Source of the DNA: Octopus sinensis
Taxonomy: Eukaryota
Assembly: GCF_006345805.1 (NCBI RefSeq)
Contig: NC_043011.1
Span: 7,316,001-7,380,000 of the forward strand
Direction: 5' to 3'
DNA: 64,000 nucleotides
The notes under the pieces are model-generated. The model was not told where the DNA came from, ran no database searches, and saw nothing but the letters and a program-made list of their open reading frames with translations. This document shows positions 23,375 through 35,498 of the stretch, in pieces (positions within the stretch are counted from its first letter, which is position 1; each line of letters begins with the position of its first letter). The position numbers were made by a program, and so were the translations under genes.

Positions 23375-23600
23375 TAATATTCTTTTCTATTCTAGGCACA
23401 AAGCCCGAAATTTTGGGGGAGAGGGCCAGTCGATTACATCGACTCCAGTACACAACTGGTACTTATTTAATTAACCCCGAAAGGATGAAAGGCGAAATTG
23501 ACTTCAGCAGAATTTGAACTCAGAACGTAACGGCAGTCGAAATACCGCCAAGCATTTTGTCCGGCATGCTAACATTTCTGCCAGCTTGCCACCTTATTAT
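23375..23600 (-). mobile_element. SINE B
   Basis: Reverse complement of the 63354-63582 consensus with an alternative tail. Confidence 0.8.
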
Positions 23601-23654
23601 TCTTTTCTACTCTAGGTACAAGGTCCCAAATTTTTTTGGTGGGGAAGGGGCCCA

Positions 23655-24005
23655 GTCTGGTTACTTTTGGCCCAAACATAGACAGCTCTATTATGTTGTG
23701 ATCCGAGACTAATGTCGGTGTCACTTTCACATCATGAATGATGTCCATATTGTTCGTGAAGCAGAGATCCAGAATGTTGTTCGCTCTAGTTGGTCTGAGT
23801 ACAGCTTGCTCCATGAATAGGGCATTGGTGAGGTTGAGTAGGGACACCCCTTGTGCTTACTTTCAATGAGTCATTCCTGAGAGTATGAGACCTTCGGGCC
23901 ATTTGACGTTGGGGAAGTTGAAATCACCGATAAGAAATATGGTCACGTGGTGTTCCAGATTCATGAGGATTTCTTTAATTCTTGTGAGGCAATCTTCAAA
24001 CTTGC
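23655..24005 (-). mobile_element. CR1/L2-like APE endonuclease fragment
   Basis: IFLIGDFNFPNVKW...PTRANNILDLCFTN...SDHNII motifs. Confidence 0.85.
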
Positions 24006-24009
24006 CTTT

Positions 24010-24368
24010 AGTCGAGCAAATTGACCCCAGGACTTATTCTTTGTAAGCCTAGTACTTATTCTATCAGTCTCTTTTGTCCAACTGTATTACAGGGACGTAA
24101 ACACACCAGCATCGGTTGTCAAGCGATGTTGGGGGGACAAACACAGACATGCAAACATATACACACACACACATACATATATATACACATATATACATAT
24201 ACATATACACATATATACGACGGGCTTCTTTCAGTTTCCATCTACCAAATCCACTCACAAGGCTTTGGTCGGCCCAAGGCTATAGTAGAAGACACTTGCC
24301 GAAGGTACCACGCAGTGGGACTGAACCTGGAACCATGTGGTTCATAAGCAAGCTACTTACTACACAGC
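24010..24368 (-). mobile_element. SINE A
   Basis: Family A reverse complement. Confidence 0.85.
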
Positions 24369-24570
24369 AACAATCATTTAAGTACTATGAAGTGTTTTCT
24401 ATATTGAGCACTGCTGGATATCATCTGTTAACTCTCTCTCCCCTCCTCTCCCCCTCCCACCCCTCTCTCTCTATATATATAGTTGAAATTTACAGAAAAT
24501 CAAAAGACGAAGACAGGTGTATAAACAACAAGCAGGTGTATTAGTTTAACACTCAGGAAGCTGAGAAAAT

Positions 24571-24606
24571 CTTTTACGTTTCGAGCCTGTGCTCTTCAAC
24601 AGAAAG
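24571..24606 (-). ncRNA. Family D atypical HHR-like motif
   Basis: CTTT-CTGTTGAA-GAGC-ACAG-GCTC-GAAA-CG-TA-AAAG. Confidence 0.5.
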
Positions 24607-24806
24607 GAACATGAGGAAATAAACAGAGAGAGAAAAAAAATACCACAATACACACACAGATATATATATATATATATATATAATATATATATATAATATA
24701 TATACATAATTAATCCAAACAAGAAAGCACAAAAAAACACAACAACGCGAGGACGTGGAACAAATATAGTATTATTGGACGCTCAGGAAAGAAGGAAAGA
24801 AGGAGG

Positions 24807-24841
24807 GTTTAACGTTTTGAGCGGAGCTCTTTGTCGGAAAC
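24807..24841 (-). ncRNA. Decayed HHR-like motif (family H)
   Basis: GTTT-CCGACAA-A-GAGC-TCC-GCTC-AAAA-CG-TT-AAAC. The G8 and G12 changes are CpG-to-CpA-type; U4 is also C. Confidence 0.4.
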
Positions 24842-25060
24842 ATAGGAGAAGGAAAGATCCAGGGAAGGGAAGACAGAGGAAAAAAAATCGCCAACGGTAC
24901 ACACAAGGTCACATTAAACATGTATCTCTCTCTCTCTCTCTTTCTGAATTACATAATAGTTGTAAGGTTGGCAGATGGAGTGTGCATAATGTCGAGAATA
25001 TGCAACCAGTCAACCAGTAGAGGATGCATATAAACAGACATTGTTTTCAATTTTATGAAA

Positions 25061-25436
25061 TCTTTATATATAAAAGAAAGGTTGTGTGTCTGTCTCCTAC
25101 GATTTAGATTCCTAACTACTCCCACATTTTGCGGTGCAGTTTAACCAAAACCGAGTATCTTATAGTCGTGATTCATATCGAGCCCTTCTGGGTATTAGCG
25201 CGCATCTACGATGAGTCCACGATTAAAAAAAAAATTTTCCATCATTTTTTTCCATTTTAATGCATTGTTTCGCTATTATATAAGGGAAGTAACTCTCTAA
25301 AAATATCTACGAAGAGTCAACGATTTAAAAAAAATTTACCATCATTTCTTTTTGCTATTTTTGGCTATAACTCTCTAAAAATGCTTATATAGTTATTTCC
25401 CTTACAAACCTGAGTAACGCCGGGCGATACTGCTAG
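25061..25436 (+). mobile_element. Non-autonomous Helitron
   Basis: A|TC 5' end (TCTTTATATATAAAAG), subterminal CCTG-AGTAACGC-CGGG hairpin, CTAG|T 3' end (25433-36), no TSD. Confidence 0.85.
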
Positions 25437-25915
25437 TTGTCTATACATTGAAATTGATGGGTGGGCTATGGGTTGAGTTGGGTGCTTATGCAGTCATGTA
25501 AGCACTTGATGTTGTGTTCAGTTCCCAGTGGTATGGCCCATCTTTTTTCAGTCACTTGTTTTGGTTTAGTCGCTTTAAATGGAGCATATGTTTTAATATA
25601 AATAGAAATATAATTATTGTTATTAAACAGACACACACACACACACACACACATATATATCATCATCATCATCATCATCATTTAATGTCCGTCTTTCATG
25701 CATGAGTAGGAACAGTTGATAGGCGCCAACGAGGTAGAAGACGACCCCAGGCCACTGTGTATCTGTTTTAGCAGAGGTTTTACAGCTGCATACCCTTCCT
25801 AACACCAACCACTCCGCTGAGTGGACTGAATGCTATGCACACACACACACACACATACACAGATCGCTAGCCACTACACATTCTTTATTTTCTCTCCTTG
25901 TTTCTTTCTGTGTTC

Positions 25916-25951
25916 CTTTCTGTGGAAGAGCGTAGGCTCGAAACGTTAAAG
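25916..25951 (+). ncRNA. Family D atypical HHR-like motif
   Basis: CTTT-CTGTGGAA-GAGC-GTAG-GCTC-GAAA-CG-TT-AAAG. Confidence 0.5.
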
Positions 25952-26055
25952 ACTTTTTCCACTTCATGAGCGTTAACTAACTCTGTTTTTTGTTGTCTAC
26001 ACCACCTGTCTTCGTCTTTTGTTTTTTTTTTTGTGATTTCTCCTCCTATATACTG

Positions 26056-26135
26056 TAATAGGTTAGTGCAATCCAGAGTTCCTGGTGTTGGATATTAATA
26101 GGTTAGTGCAATCCAGAGATCCTGGTGTTGGAAAT
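26056..26135. repeat. 40-bp tandem duplication
   Basis: TAATAGGTTAGTGCAATCCAGAG(T/A)TCCTGGTGTTGGA(T/A)AT, two copies. Confidence 0.9.
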
Positions 26136-27214
26136 TAGTAAGCTTCAAGCATGAACACGGCTAGTATAGATGACATAAGGTGGACAATATATGATGAAAA
26201 GGGTTTATTTAACCCTTGTAAGCTACACACTTCGTCCCATATTGAAACCAAAGGAAATTTCGATAAGCTGACAGTCGTCATACAATTGACGGTTTAGCAG
26301 GTAAAGTTACTAAGAACACGAATAAAAATCAGAAAATGTAAGGAATGGAAAAGGTAAATAAAAATTACAAATGTTTCCTAATGAAAACAATGATTGTTAC
26401 ACCCAAAACCTGCTGAGCTAATCTTTTATTATATAGGTTTTATTGTCTTCAAGTTGTTTATTTTGTAATATAATCCACTTCATTTAACATCCGTGTTCTG
26501 GACAGGCAACAGTCGGAGGCACACTGACACACACATGACATTTGTGAAAATAGAAAGTCCTATATACCTACTTTAAGCCTTTTGTGAAATCAGAAACAAA
26601 AATAGAACACACATACACACACATACACACACACATACACACACACATACACACACACATACACACACACATACACACACACATATATATACTTTCATTG
26701 AAGCGTCAAAATCTTCAACAGTTTATGTAGATTTATTAAAAACATTACTTCCCTCCTTGTTTTGAATTCATGTGTTTACTAGTGTGTGTGTGTGTGTGTG
26801 AGGGGTGTATATTCTGGGTGTGTCGAAAATGGCAGATCCATTGTAAATATTAACCTTACACGTTAATTTTATGACAAATCTTAATGGAAATAATAATAAT
26901 AAAAATAATAATAATAAAAAAACATTGTGTACAGTGCTCAGGTGCACTAATAAAAATCTTTTATTACACCCTTGCCTAAAACAACAACCATACACCAATG
27001 ATATATATGGCGTATGAGATATAATATGCACATATTATATCTCCTACACACACACACACACACACAGAGATATATATATATACATATATAGGGAGAATTC
27101 ACAAAAAAAAACAAAAGACGAAGACATGTGGTGAAGACAACAAACAGATGTATTAGTTTAACATTGGAGAAGTGAAAAAGTCTTTAACGTTTTGAACCTA
27201 CACATATACATATA

Positions 27215-27955
27215 TTGAGTTGGCAACTAAGTTCCGGCCGTTTTTAAAAATTTTGGAATTTATAGAGTCTCTAAATTTTGGAATCTATGTTTTTCGAGAA
27301 TTCTATTTTTCAATCATTTTGGAATCTATTTTGCTTATTTTTTCTAGTTAATTTTAGTTAATTTTTGTTTATTTTCAGATCATTAAAATGGAATGTCAAG
27401 TTAAGAAAAACGAGCATTTTCAACACCTGCTTCTTTTTGCTTTTAATCAAGATTCTAAGGCTGCAAAAGCTGATCACGACATTTGTACTGGGTATGGAGA
27501 GAGTGCCATAGCTAAAAGAACCGCTCATGATTGGGATGCCAAGTTCAAAAATGGAAATTTTGACCCCAAAGACGCACCTTGCTCTGGCCATCCAGCTGAG
27601 TTCGATGAAGAGCGATTAAACCAATTTTTGCATGAAAATTCTTGTCAAATGAAAAGGGAACTGGCAGAGAAAATGGAATGTTCCCACACTGCTATAGAGA
27701 AGCATCTTCACTTGATGGGAAAGGTTCAGAAGTATGGCTTGCTTGCTTGTCACTGCTCAACTCAGGGACACAAGCAACGATTTCTTTACTGAATCGTTAC
27801 TGGCAACAAAAAATGGTGTCTGTACATCAATATGAAGCATTGTAAGGAATTGCTTAGCCCCAGTAAACAAGCGACACCGCACGTTAAACAAGATCTTCAT
27901 CTGCATAAAATGATATGCGTATAGTGGGACTGGGAAGGGATTCCTCTGTTATTGC
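27215..27955 (+). mobile_element. Mariner transposon relic (left TIR plus decayed transposase N-terminal half)
   Basis: TA|TTGAGTTGGCAACTAAG TIR; ORF 27388-27792 with mariner HTH (KFKNGNFDPKDAPCSGHP); downstream KQDLHLHKMICV*WDWEGI motif; no right TIR found. Confidence 0.9.
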
Positions 27956-28086
27956 CTGGAGGACTATGATGAATGCAAGCTGTATGTGTATATATATATG
28001 CATAAGGGTGAAAAGGAACACACGAGTTGATATATATGAAAAAACAAGTCAAAATAGAAAATGCTAAAATAATTTTATAAAGAACA

Positions 28087-28130
28087 TTTCAGTACCGGTT
28101 TCGGTCATTTTGAGACCTTTTCAACTGTAA
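28087..28130 (-). ncRNA. Minimal type I HHR with U3-A8 core variant
   Basis: TTACAG-TTGAAAA-GGTC-TCAAAAT-GACC-GAAA-C-CG-G-TA-CTGAAA; palindromic ACCGGT stem III. Confidence 0.7.
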
Positions 28131-28479
28131 CGATTAATTAATTAAATTTAGAAAAATTAGAAGAAAAGTTTTTTTAAAGGAATATTTGTATAGTGTTCAG
28201 ATATAAGTGGCATTCTGCCTTTCTCTGACTCCCTTGTTTGCACTTGTGTGTTCGAGGTCGTTGTGAATTCTTGGTAGGGTAGAAGAAGAAGAAGGCTGAT
28301 GAGGAGAGGGGGTGGAAAAATTTGGGAGTGCCTTGATTGTTGTATTTTGAATGGTCAGTGACGGCTAGCAGTTGCAGTTCAATTCAGGAGAATATTTCTA
28401 TTGAGAGGTTTGTTTATGGAATTTGCGTAGGTGTTTTACTAAAAAGTATTAGTGATAAAGTTAAGAGGTAGAGGGTGGA

Positions 28480-28660
28480 GCAGAAGAAGAAGAAGAAGAA
28501 GAAGAAGAAGACGATGTTGATGATGATGATGATGTTGATGATGATGATGAAGAAGAAGAAGGAGAAGAAGAAGATGATGATGATGATGGTGGTGATGATG
28601 ATGACGACGATGATGATGATAATGATAATGATGAAGAAGAAGAGGAAGAAGAAGAAAACA
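28480..28660. repeat. Compound (GAA)n/(GAT)n microsatellite inside the PLE 3' region
   Basis: Direct inspection. Confidence 0.95.
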
Positions 28661-29222
28661 GAGAAGGGAGAATATGAATGGGTGAAAGTAGTGAGGTGTT
28701 GTATGACTTGAAGTTGGCATGTTATGGATTATAGCTGTGATTGGGGCTGATTAGTAATGGATTCTTTGGAATGTAATATTTGTGTGTGTATTTCTTTTAT
28801 TCTAAAGTTGAGGTATATTAATCGTTTGTCGTAGACCCGTTAAGAAGTGGCCTGTATTTTGTAATAAAGAGAGTTTCTTTACTTTTTCGTTGTCTCGAGG
28901 TTGTATCGTCCCTAAATTGGTAGAGGGGGAAAATCCTGAAGCTTGGTGTTTTGTTGTTGGCGCAAGTATCTATGTGTTGGCTAAAAGCTATTTTTCTGTT
29001 TTGGGGAATTTTTATCTGGGATCTGTGCAGGGCCATTCTTTTACGCAAACTATTTTTTGTTTGGCCTATGTACTGCTCTTGACACCCGGAGCAGGTTAGT
29101 GAGTATATTAGGTTCTCCGAAGCACATGTGAAGTTGCTTTTCACTGTAAACCGTTGTCTCCAGCATGTCCACAGCCACATGACCAAAACAAGTGAAACAA
29201 TAAATAACTATGGCATTTTATT

Positions 29223-29250
29223 CCCGAGCAACGCCTGGTATCTCTGCTAG
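29223..29250 (+). mobile_element. Helitron 3' terminus remnant
   Basis: CCCGAGCAACGCCTGG...GCTAG|T, the same motif as 25409-25436. Confidence 0.65.
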
Positions 29251-29271
29251 TACAATATGTAATCTGTACAT

Positions 29272-29684
29272 AGGCGCAGGAGTGGCTGTGTGGTAAGTAG
29301 CTTGCTTACCAACCATATGGTTCTGGGTCCAGTCCCACTGCGTGGTATCTTGGGCAAGTGTCTTCTGCTCTAGCCTCGGGCCAACCAAAGCCTTGTGAGT
29401 GAATTTGGTAGACGTAAACTGAAAGAAGCCCGTTGTATATATGTATATGTATATATATGTGTGTGTGTGTGTTTGTGTGTGTCTGTGTTTGTCCTCCCAA
29501 CATCGCTTGACAACCGATGGGGGTGTGTTTACGTCCCCGTAACTTAGCAGTTCGGCAAAAGAGACCGATAGATTAAATACTAGGCTTACAAAGAATAAGT
29601 CCTGGGGTCGATTTGCTCGACTAAAGGCAGTGCTCCAGCATGGCCACAGTCACATGACTGAAACAAGTAAAAGAGTAAAAGAGT
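29272..29684 (+). mobile_element. SINE A
   Basis: Full-length family A match. Confidence 0.9.
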
Positions 29685-30051
29685 ATATGTATACAAGTAA
29701 TATATATATGTATATGTATATACGTGTAAATACATATGCATATATACTTGTGCACACATGCACATACACGTCTGTATGTGTGCATACATGCATTATACCT
29801 CCAATCCCTTGTGCACTCTCTTATATTTGAAATACATGGTGTATAATCTTTTAAAATTGCTACATGCAAGATTTTGTTTTTTTGTCATTTTTGTTGTATT
29901 CATTGAATTTTAGCCACCAACACTCCCCTTTCTATGATAAGTGGGGTCGCTTTGATGGCGGAAGTTCAAATGTTTGTGTTTATTTAGCAATCACTGAATA
30001 TTGTACTGATATACATATATGTACTGTAACTAGATCCGGGACATATTTCGA

Positions 30052-30105
<54 letters not shown>

Positions 30106-30754
30106 GTGTGTGTGGTGTGTGTGTGTGTGTGTGTGTGTGTGTGCATGTGTGTGTGTGTGTGTGCATGTGCCCGCACACCCACACTATGTATGTATGTATG
30201 CATGTTTATGTGTATATATCTATCTACATCTATGTGTGTGTGTATATATATATATATATTTGTATATAGACATACAAACATACATATATATATATTTATA
30301 TACATACACATATACATATATATACATGTATATGTATGCACGCATGCTCACACACACCCACATATGTATATGTGTGTGTGTGTGTGTATAATCATATATA
30401 TAATTATACACACACACATATATGTACATATGTGTATGTGTACATACATGTGCATGGCTGAAGGTTATTAATTTATACAAGCTATGTAGGGGTTATACAC
30501 CCGAAATTAAGCTTTCCATTGATCGGTTTTTTAGCCAACACAAAACTTATCAGCAATCTTAGAATTCTTAGTCATTCACCAATATAAATGGACAACCGGA
30601 ACAGACCAAGTGAAGCAACAGTCAGTAGTATACAGAGCCAGATGCAGCCTTCTGGCTCGCCAGCCCTCAGTCAAACCGTCCAACCCATGCCAGCATGGAA
30701 GGCAGACATTAAACGATGATGATGATGATGATATCTCATTATCGCCATTTAAAA

Positions 30755-31140
30755 TAGGCGCAGGAGTGGCTGTGTGGTAAGTAGCTTGCCAACCAACCAC
30801 ATGGTTCCGGGTTCAGTCCCACTGTGTGGCACCTTGGGCAAGTGTCTTCTACTATAGCCCCGGGCCGACCAATGCCTTGTGAGTGGATTTGGTAGACGGA
30901 AACTGAAAGAAGCCCGTCGTATATATGTATATATATATGTGTGTTTGTGTGTCTGTGTTTGTCCCCCTAGCATTGCTTGACAACTGATGCTGGCGTGTTT
31001 ATGTCCCCGTCACTTAGCGGTTCGGCAAAAGAGACCGATAGAATAAGTACTGGGCTTACAAAAAATAAGTCCTAAGGCGGTGCTCCAGCATGGCCGCAGT
31101 CAAATGACTGAAACAAGTAAAAGAGTAAAAGAGAGAGTAA
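30755..31140 (+). mobile_element. SINE A
   Basis: Family A match; an RTE tail lies just upstream at about 30600-30730. Confidence 0.9.
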
Positions 31141-31264
31141 ATTATGTAGAAGGGTTTTACACTTGCAGTATTGAATAGTTTGAAGTTATGTTTATGCTTT
31201 AAAAGTGGAAAGATATACAAAACCCACAAGAACGAAAAATCATGGCTTACAGCTGGTCTGGTCT

Positions 31265-31690
31265 ATGCAGTTGTGTTGAGATAGGTGGCGATCTGGCAGA
31301 AACGTTAGCATGCTGGGCGAAATGCATAGCCACATTTCGTCTGCCATTACGTTGTGAGTTCAAATTCCACTGAGGTCGACTTTGCCTTTCATCCTCACGG
31401 GGATCAATAAAATAAATACCAGTTACGCAGTGGGGTCGATGTAATCGACTTAATCTATTTGTCTGTCCTTGTTTGTCTCCTCTGTGTTTAGCCCCTTGTG
31501 AGCAATAAAGAAATAGGTATATCATCTGTCTTTACGTTGTGAGTTCAAATTCCGCCGAGGTCGACTTTGCCTTTCATCCTTTCGGGGTCAATTAAATAAG
31601 TACCAGTTATGCACTGGGGTCTATGTAATTGACTTAATCCCTTTGTTGGTCCCCTCTATGTTTAACCCCTTGTGGGCAGTAAAGAAGTAT
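31265..31690 (+). mobile_element. Two tandem SINE B copies
   Basis: GAGGTCGACTTTGCCTTTCATCC body occurs twice. Confidence 0.85.
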
Positions 31691-31926
31691 ATATGTTTTA
31701 GCATTGCATTCTGTGGCTGGTTATCATCCTTTTGTTAATTCTTGGAAGTTCCAGGTTCCTGAAATCAGACCTCAGTCCCTCCATGCTAAGTCTAGTTTGG
31801 TTTTCGTTTTCTGCAGACTACTTGCCACAGTTCCTGACCCCACACCCACCACCTCTTTTAAGTGGCACCAGCACCTAAAAGAACAAGCCTGTACATGGAG
31901 AAGACCCTGATTCTATTTAGCTTGAT

Positions 31927-32490
31927 GTCATCATCATCATCATCATCATTTAGCATCCGCTTTCCATGCTAGCATGGGTTGGACGGTTCAACTGGGGTCT
32001 GTGGAGCCAGAAGGCTGCATCAGGCTCCAATCTTGATCTGGCAGTGTTTCTATGGCTGGATGCCCTTCCTAACGCCAACCACTCTGTGATTGTGGTGAGT
32101 GCTTTTTACATGCCACCGGCACAGAGGCCAGAGGAGGCTGCCAAACGGCCGCGATCGGTTGGTGCTTTTTATGTGTCACCGATACGGATGCCATTCAGGT
32201 GATGCTGGCATCAGCCACATTTGGATGGTGCTTTTTACGTGCCGCTGGCACGGGTATCATAACTACAATTTCCATTTGATTTTTATTTTGATGTTGATGT
32301 TGACGTACTTGACTCGATAGGTCTCCTCATGCACAGTGGGTCACCCTACGGTCCAAGGTTAGCACAGCAGGCCATCCTGTGAACCATGAACTCACTTCAT
32401 TTGTTGGGTCTTCGCAGTCACAGCATATCTCAGAGGTCTCGATCTTTACTCATTTACTCTGGGAGGCCCAATGTGCCACCAGCATGGGTA
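31927..32490 (-). mobile_element. RTE 3' UTR fragment
   Basis: (CAT)n tail plus conserved UTR motifs. Confidence 0.8.
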
Positions 32491-32512
32491 TCACAACTAC
32501 AATATCCATTTG

Positions 32513-32543
<31 letters not shown>

Positions 32544-32552
32544 AGTATATAT

Positions 32553-32583
<31 letters not shown>

Positions 32584-32651
32584 TGACAACAAAAGTATGA
32601 ATGAGACCTCGATGTTGTATAAAATAGAGGAATTTATCTATAAATATAATA

Positions 32652-32724
32652 TGTCTTAATAACTGATGAGATGCCAGAGCAGACTTCAGCCCCGGCATCC
32701 GAAACTCTGAGTTTTATTATGACA
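32652..32724 (+). ncRNA. Type I hammerhead ribozyme
   Basis: Stem I TGTC-T-TAATAA/TTATTA-T-GACA; CTGATGA (32663-69); stem II GATGCC/GGCATC; GAAA (32701-04); stem III CTC-T-GAG; GUU triplet. Confidence 0.75.
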
Positions 32725-33065
32725 ACCAACTAATTGTCACATATATTTATATATCTATATATATATATATATATAACAAAATAATAAATAATTTATTTAT
32801 TTATTATTTTGTTATTATATGATGAAATGCCATGCATCCTCTTCCAAGTAAGTTTTATTTTAATAATTATGATGCGCACTCTTAACCTTACTCTATTTTT
32901 CTAACTTTACTGTCCCCCTCTCGCTCATTCTTCATTCTTTCTGGTTTTCTCTACCATTCTCTCCCTTTCACAAATTAGTCTACCAAATATATATATATAT
33001 TGGTAAAAATGGTAAGATAACAAAAGAAAGAAAGAGACCTCGATATTATGTAAATAGAGGAATTT

Positions 33066-33131
33066 ATCTGTAAATGTAATATGTGACAATTAACATGGCT
33101 ACTGAATAATTGTCACATATTACATTTACAG

Positions 33132-33133
<2 letters not shown>
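33066..33133. repeat. Perfect 27-bp inverted repeat with 14-nt spacer
   Basis: ATCTGTAAATGTAATATGTGACAATTA / TAATTGTCACATATTACATTTACAGAT; flank related to the element at 32590-32760. Confidence 0.9.
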
Positions 33134-33221
<88 letters not shown>

Positions 33222-33442
33222 GGAGAGAGAGAGAGAATAATAAGAAAATGGAGGGGTTCAATAGGGGATTCATCAACTTTTAGATATTATGTTATGTCAA
33301 CTTATTTATTTACTAAAATGACAATTACAAGAATATACATACATGTATAACATATTATGCTTTACATATAAAATATGTTAATATATAAAGATACGAGTAA
33401 TTATCAAAATATATAACACACAGGAATATAAATTGGGAAAAT

Positions 33443-33553
33443 ATCTTACAGCTGTTTCAGCCAAGAGGCAAAAATACCTCATTCTACCTTTATCCCTGTA
33501 ATTAGTAGATGAAATTGAGGTACCTGGATGTTTCTCTAGGCTTCGTCAGAGAT
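33443..33553 (-). ncRNA. Type I HHR with long stem II
   Basis: ATCT-CTGACGA-AGCCTAGAG...TACCTCA...TGAGGTA...CTCTTGGCT-GAAA-C-AGCT-G-TA-AGAT. Confidence 0.75.
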
Positions 33554-33579
33554 TTTAGAAAGTACATAAGTACTGGCGT

Positions 33580-33817
33580 CCGTGTCAGTGACACGTAAAA
33601 GTACCGACCGATCGTGGCCGTTTGCCAGCCTCCTCTGGCTTCTGTGCCGGTGGCACATAAAAAGTACCCACTACACTCACAGAGTGGTTGGTGTTAGGAA
33701 TGGCATCCAGCTGTAGAAACACTGCCAGATCAGACTCGAGCCTGGTGTAGCCTCCTGGCTTCCCAGACCCCGGTCGAACCATCCAACCCATACAAGCATG
33801 GAAAACGGACGTTAAAC

Positions 33818-33846
<29 letters not shown>
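33580..33846 (+). mobile_element. RTE R1 3' UTR fragment
   Basis: UTR motifs plus (GAT)n. Confidence 0.9.
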
Positions 33847-33848
<2 letters not shown>

Positions 33849-33927
33849 TATATATATACTCACACATACCCTACTTTAGTTTAATGTGAAATTGTACATG
33901 TAATCTAACCCACATACATCAATGCCT

Positions 33928-34341
33928 ACTCTTTTACTCTTTTACTTGTTTCAGTCAGTTGACTGCGGCCATGTTGGAGCACCGCCTCTAGTCGAGCAAA
34001 TCGACCCCGGGACTTATTCTTTGTAAGCCTAGTACTTATTCTATCGGTCTCTTTTGCCGAACCGCTAAGTGACGGGGACGTAAACACACCAGCATCGGTT
34101 GTCAAGCAATGCTAGGGGGACAAACACAAACACAGACACACAAACGTATACACACACACTTATATATGTATACATATATACGACAGGCTTCTTTCAGTTT
34201 CCGTCTACCAAATCCACTCACAAGGCATTGGTCGGCCCGGGGCTATAGCAGAAGACACTTGCCCAAGATGCCACGCAGTGGGACTGAACCCGGAACCATG
34301 TGGTTGGTTAGCAAGCTACTTACCACACAGCCACTCCTGCC
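33928..34341 (-). mobile_element. SINE A
   Basis: Family A reverse complement. Confidence 0.9.
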
Positions 34342-34964
34342 ACTTATATATACATGTGCGTATGTGTGTGTGTGTGTTTATATATGCACGTATATGTAAA
34401 TAGTAGAGAAAACATTGTCTTTTCTATTGTTCTATCTTTAGAAAGCACTTATTCTATTTCCTCATTGACATACAAATAAATTTCTTTGTTTTCCTTGTTT
34501 GTTGGACTTTATTTTCCTGAAGTCTTCTGTTGTTACTACTAAAACATCAGTTTGTTTGCTGTTCCTGTAATTATTCTCTACACACTCTCCATCCAGCCAC
34601 TCACACACACACACCACACACACACACACACACACATTTAGCAACATTTAACACACATTTAACTAAATCAATTTAATTAATTACTACAGGCGAGAATATC
34701 TTCAGAGAGTGGTTGGCGTTAGGAAGGGCATCCAGCTGTAGAAACTCTGCCAGATCAGACTGGAGCCTGGTGCAGCCCCTGGATTCCCAGTCCCCGGTCG
34801 AACCGTCCAACCCGTGCTGGCGCGGAAAACGGACGTTAAACGATGATGATGATGATGAAGGACGTACAAAGAAATTTTGCATATTTAAAACATAATGAAA
34901 CCATTAAAGTTAATAAAAAATAGATACATTTATAACAAAAATAATTATAGTCATAAATTAGCAT

Positions 34965-35166
34965 TACTCTTTTACTCTTGTTTCAGTCATTTGACTGTGG
35001 CCATGCTGGAGCACCACCTTTAGTCGAGCAAATCGACCCCAGGACTTATTCTTTGTAAGCCTAGTACTTATTCTATCAGTCTCTTTTGCTGAACTGCTAA
35101 GTGACAGGGACGTAAACACACCATCATCGGTTGTCAAGCAATGTTGGGGGGGACAAACACAGACAC

Positions 35167-35200
<34 letters not shown>

Positions 35201-35370
35201 CACACACACATATATATATACGACAGGCTTCTTTCAGTTTCCGTCTACCAAATCCACTCACAAGGCTTTGGCCGGCCTGAGGCTATAGTTGAAGACACTT
35301 GCCCAAAGTGCCACGCAGTGGGACTGAACCCGGAACCATGTGGTTGGTTAGCAAGCTACTTACCACACAA
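34965..35370 (-). mobile_element. SINE A
   Basis: Family A reverse complement; an RTE tail lies at about 34700-34858. Confidence 0.9.
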
Positions 35371-35498
35371 CTATTATTATTAATAATAATAATAATGTAG
35401 ATATAGCCATGCAAAAATATGAATAATGGTGATATGTAAGAAACCAACATCACCATTATTCCTATTTTTGCATGGATATGTCTGCATTATCATTATTA

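Larger units (their letters stand above)
28040..29158 (-). mobile_element. Penelope-like element 3' portion: GIY-YIG endonuclease plus 3' region with HHR
   Basis: ORF 28818-29186: NLIYSLTCSGCQEQYIGQTKNSLRKRMALH...FSQH...KETLFITKYRPLLN (GIY-YIG motifs with CCHH residues). Confidence 0.9.
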
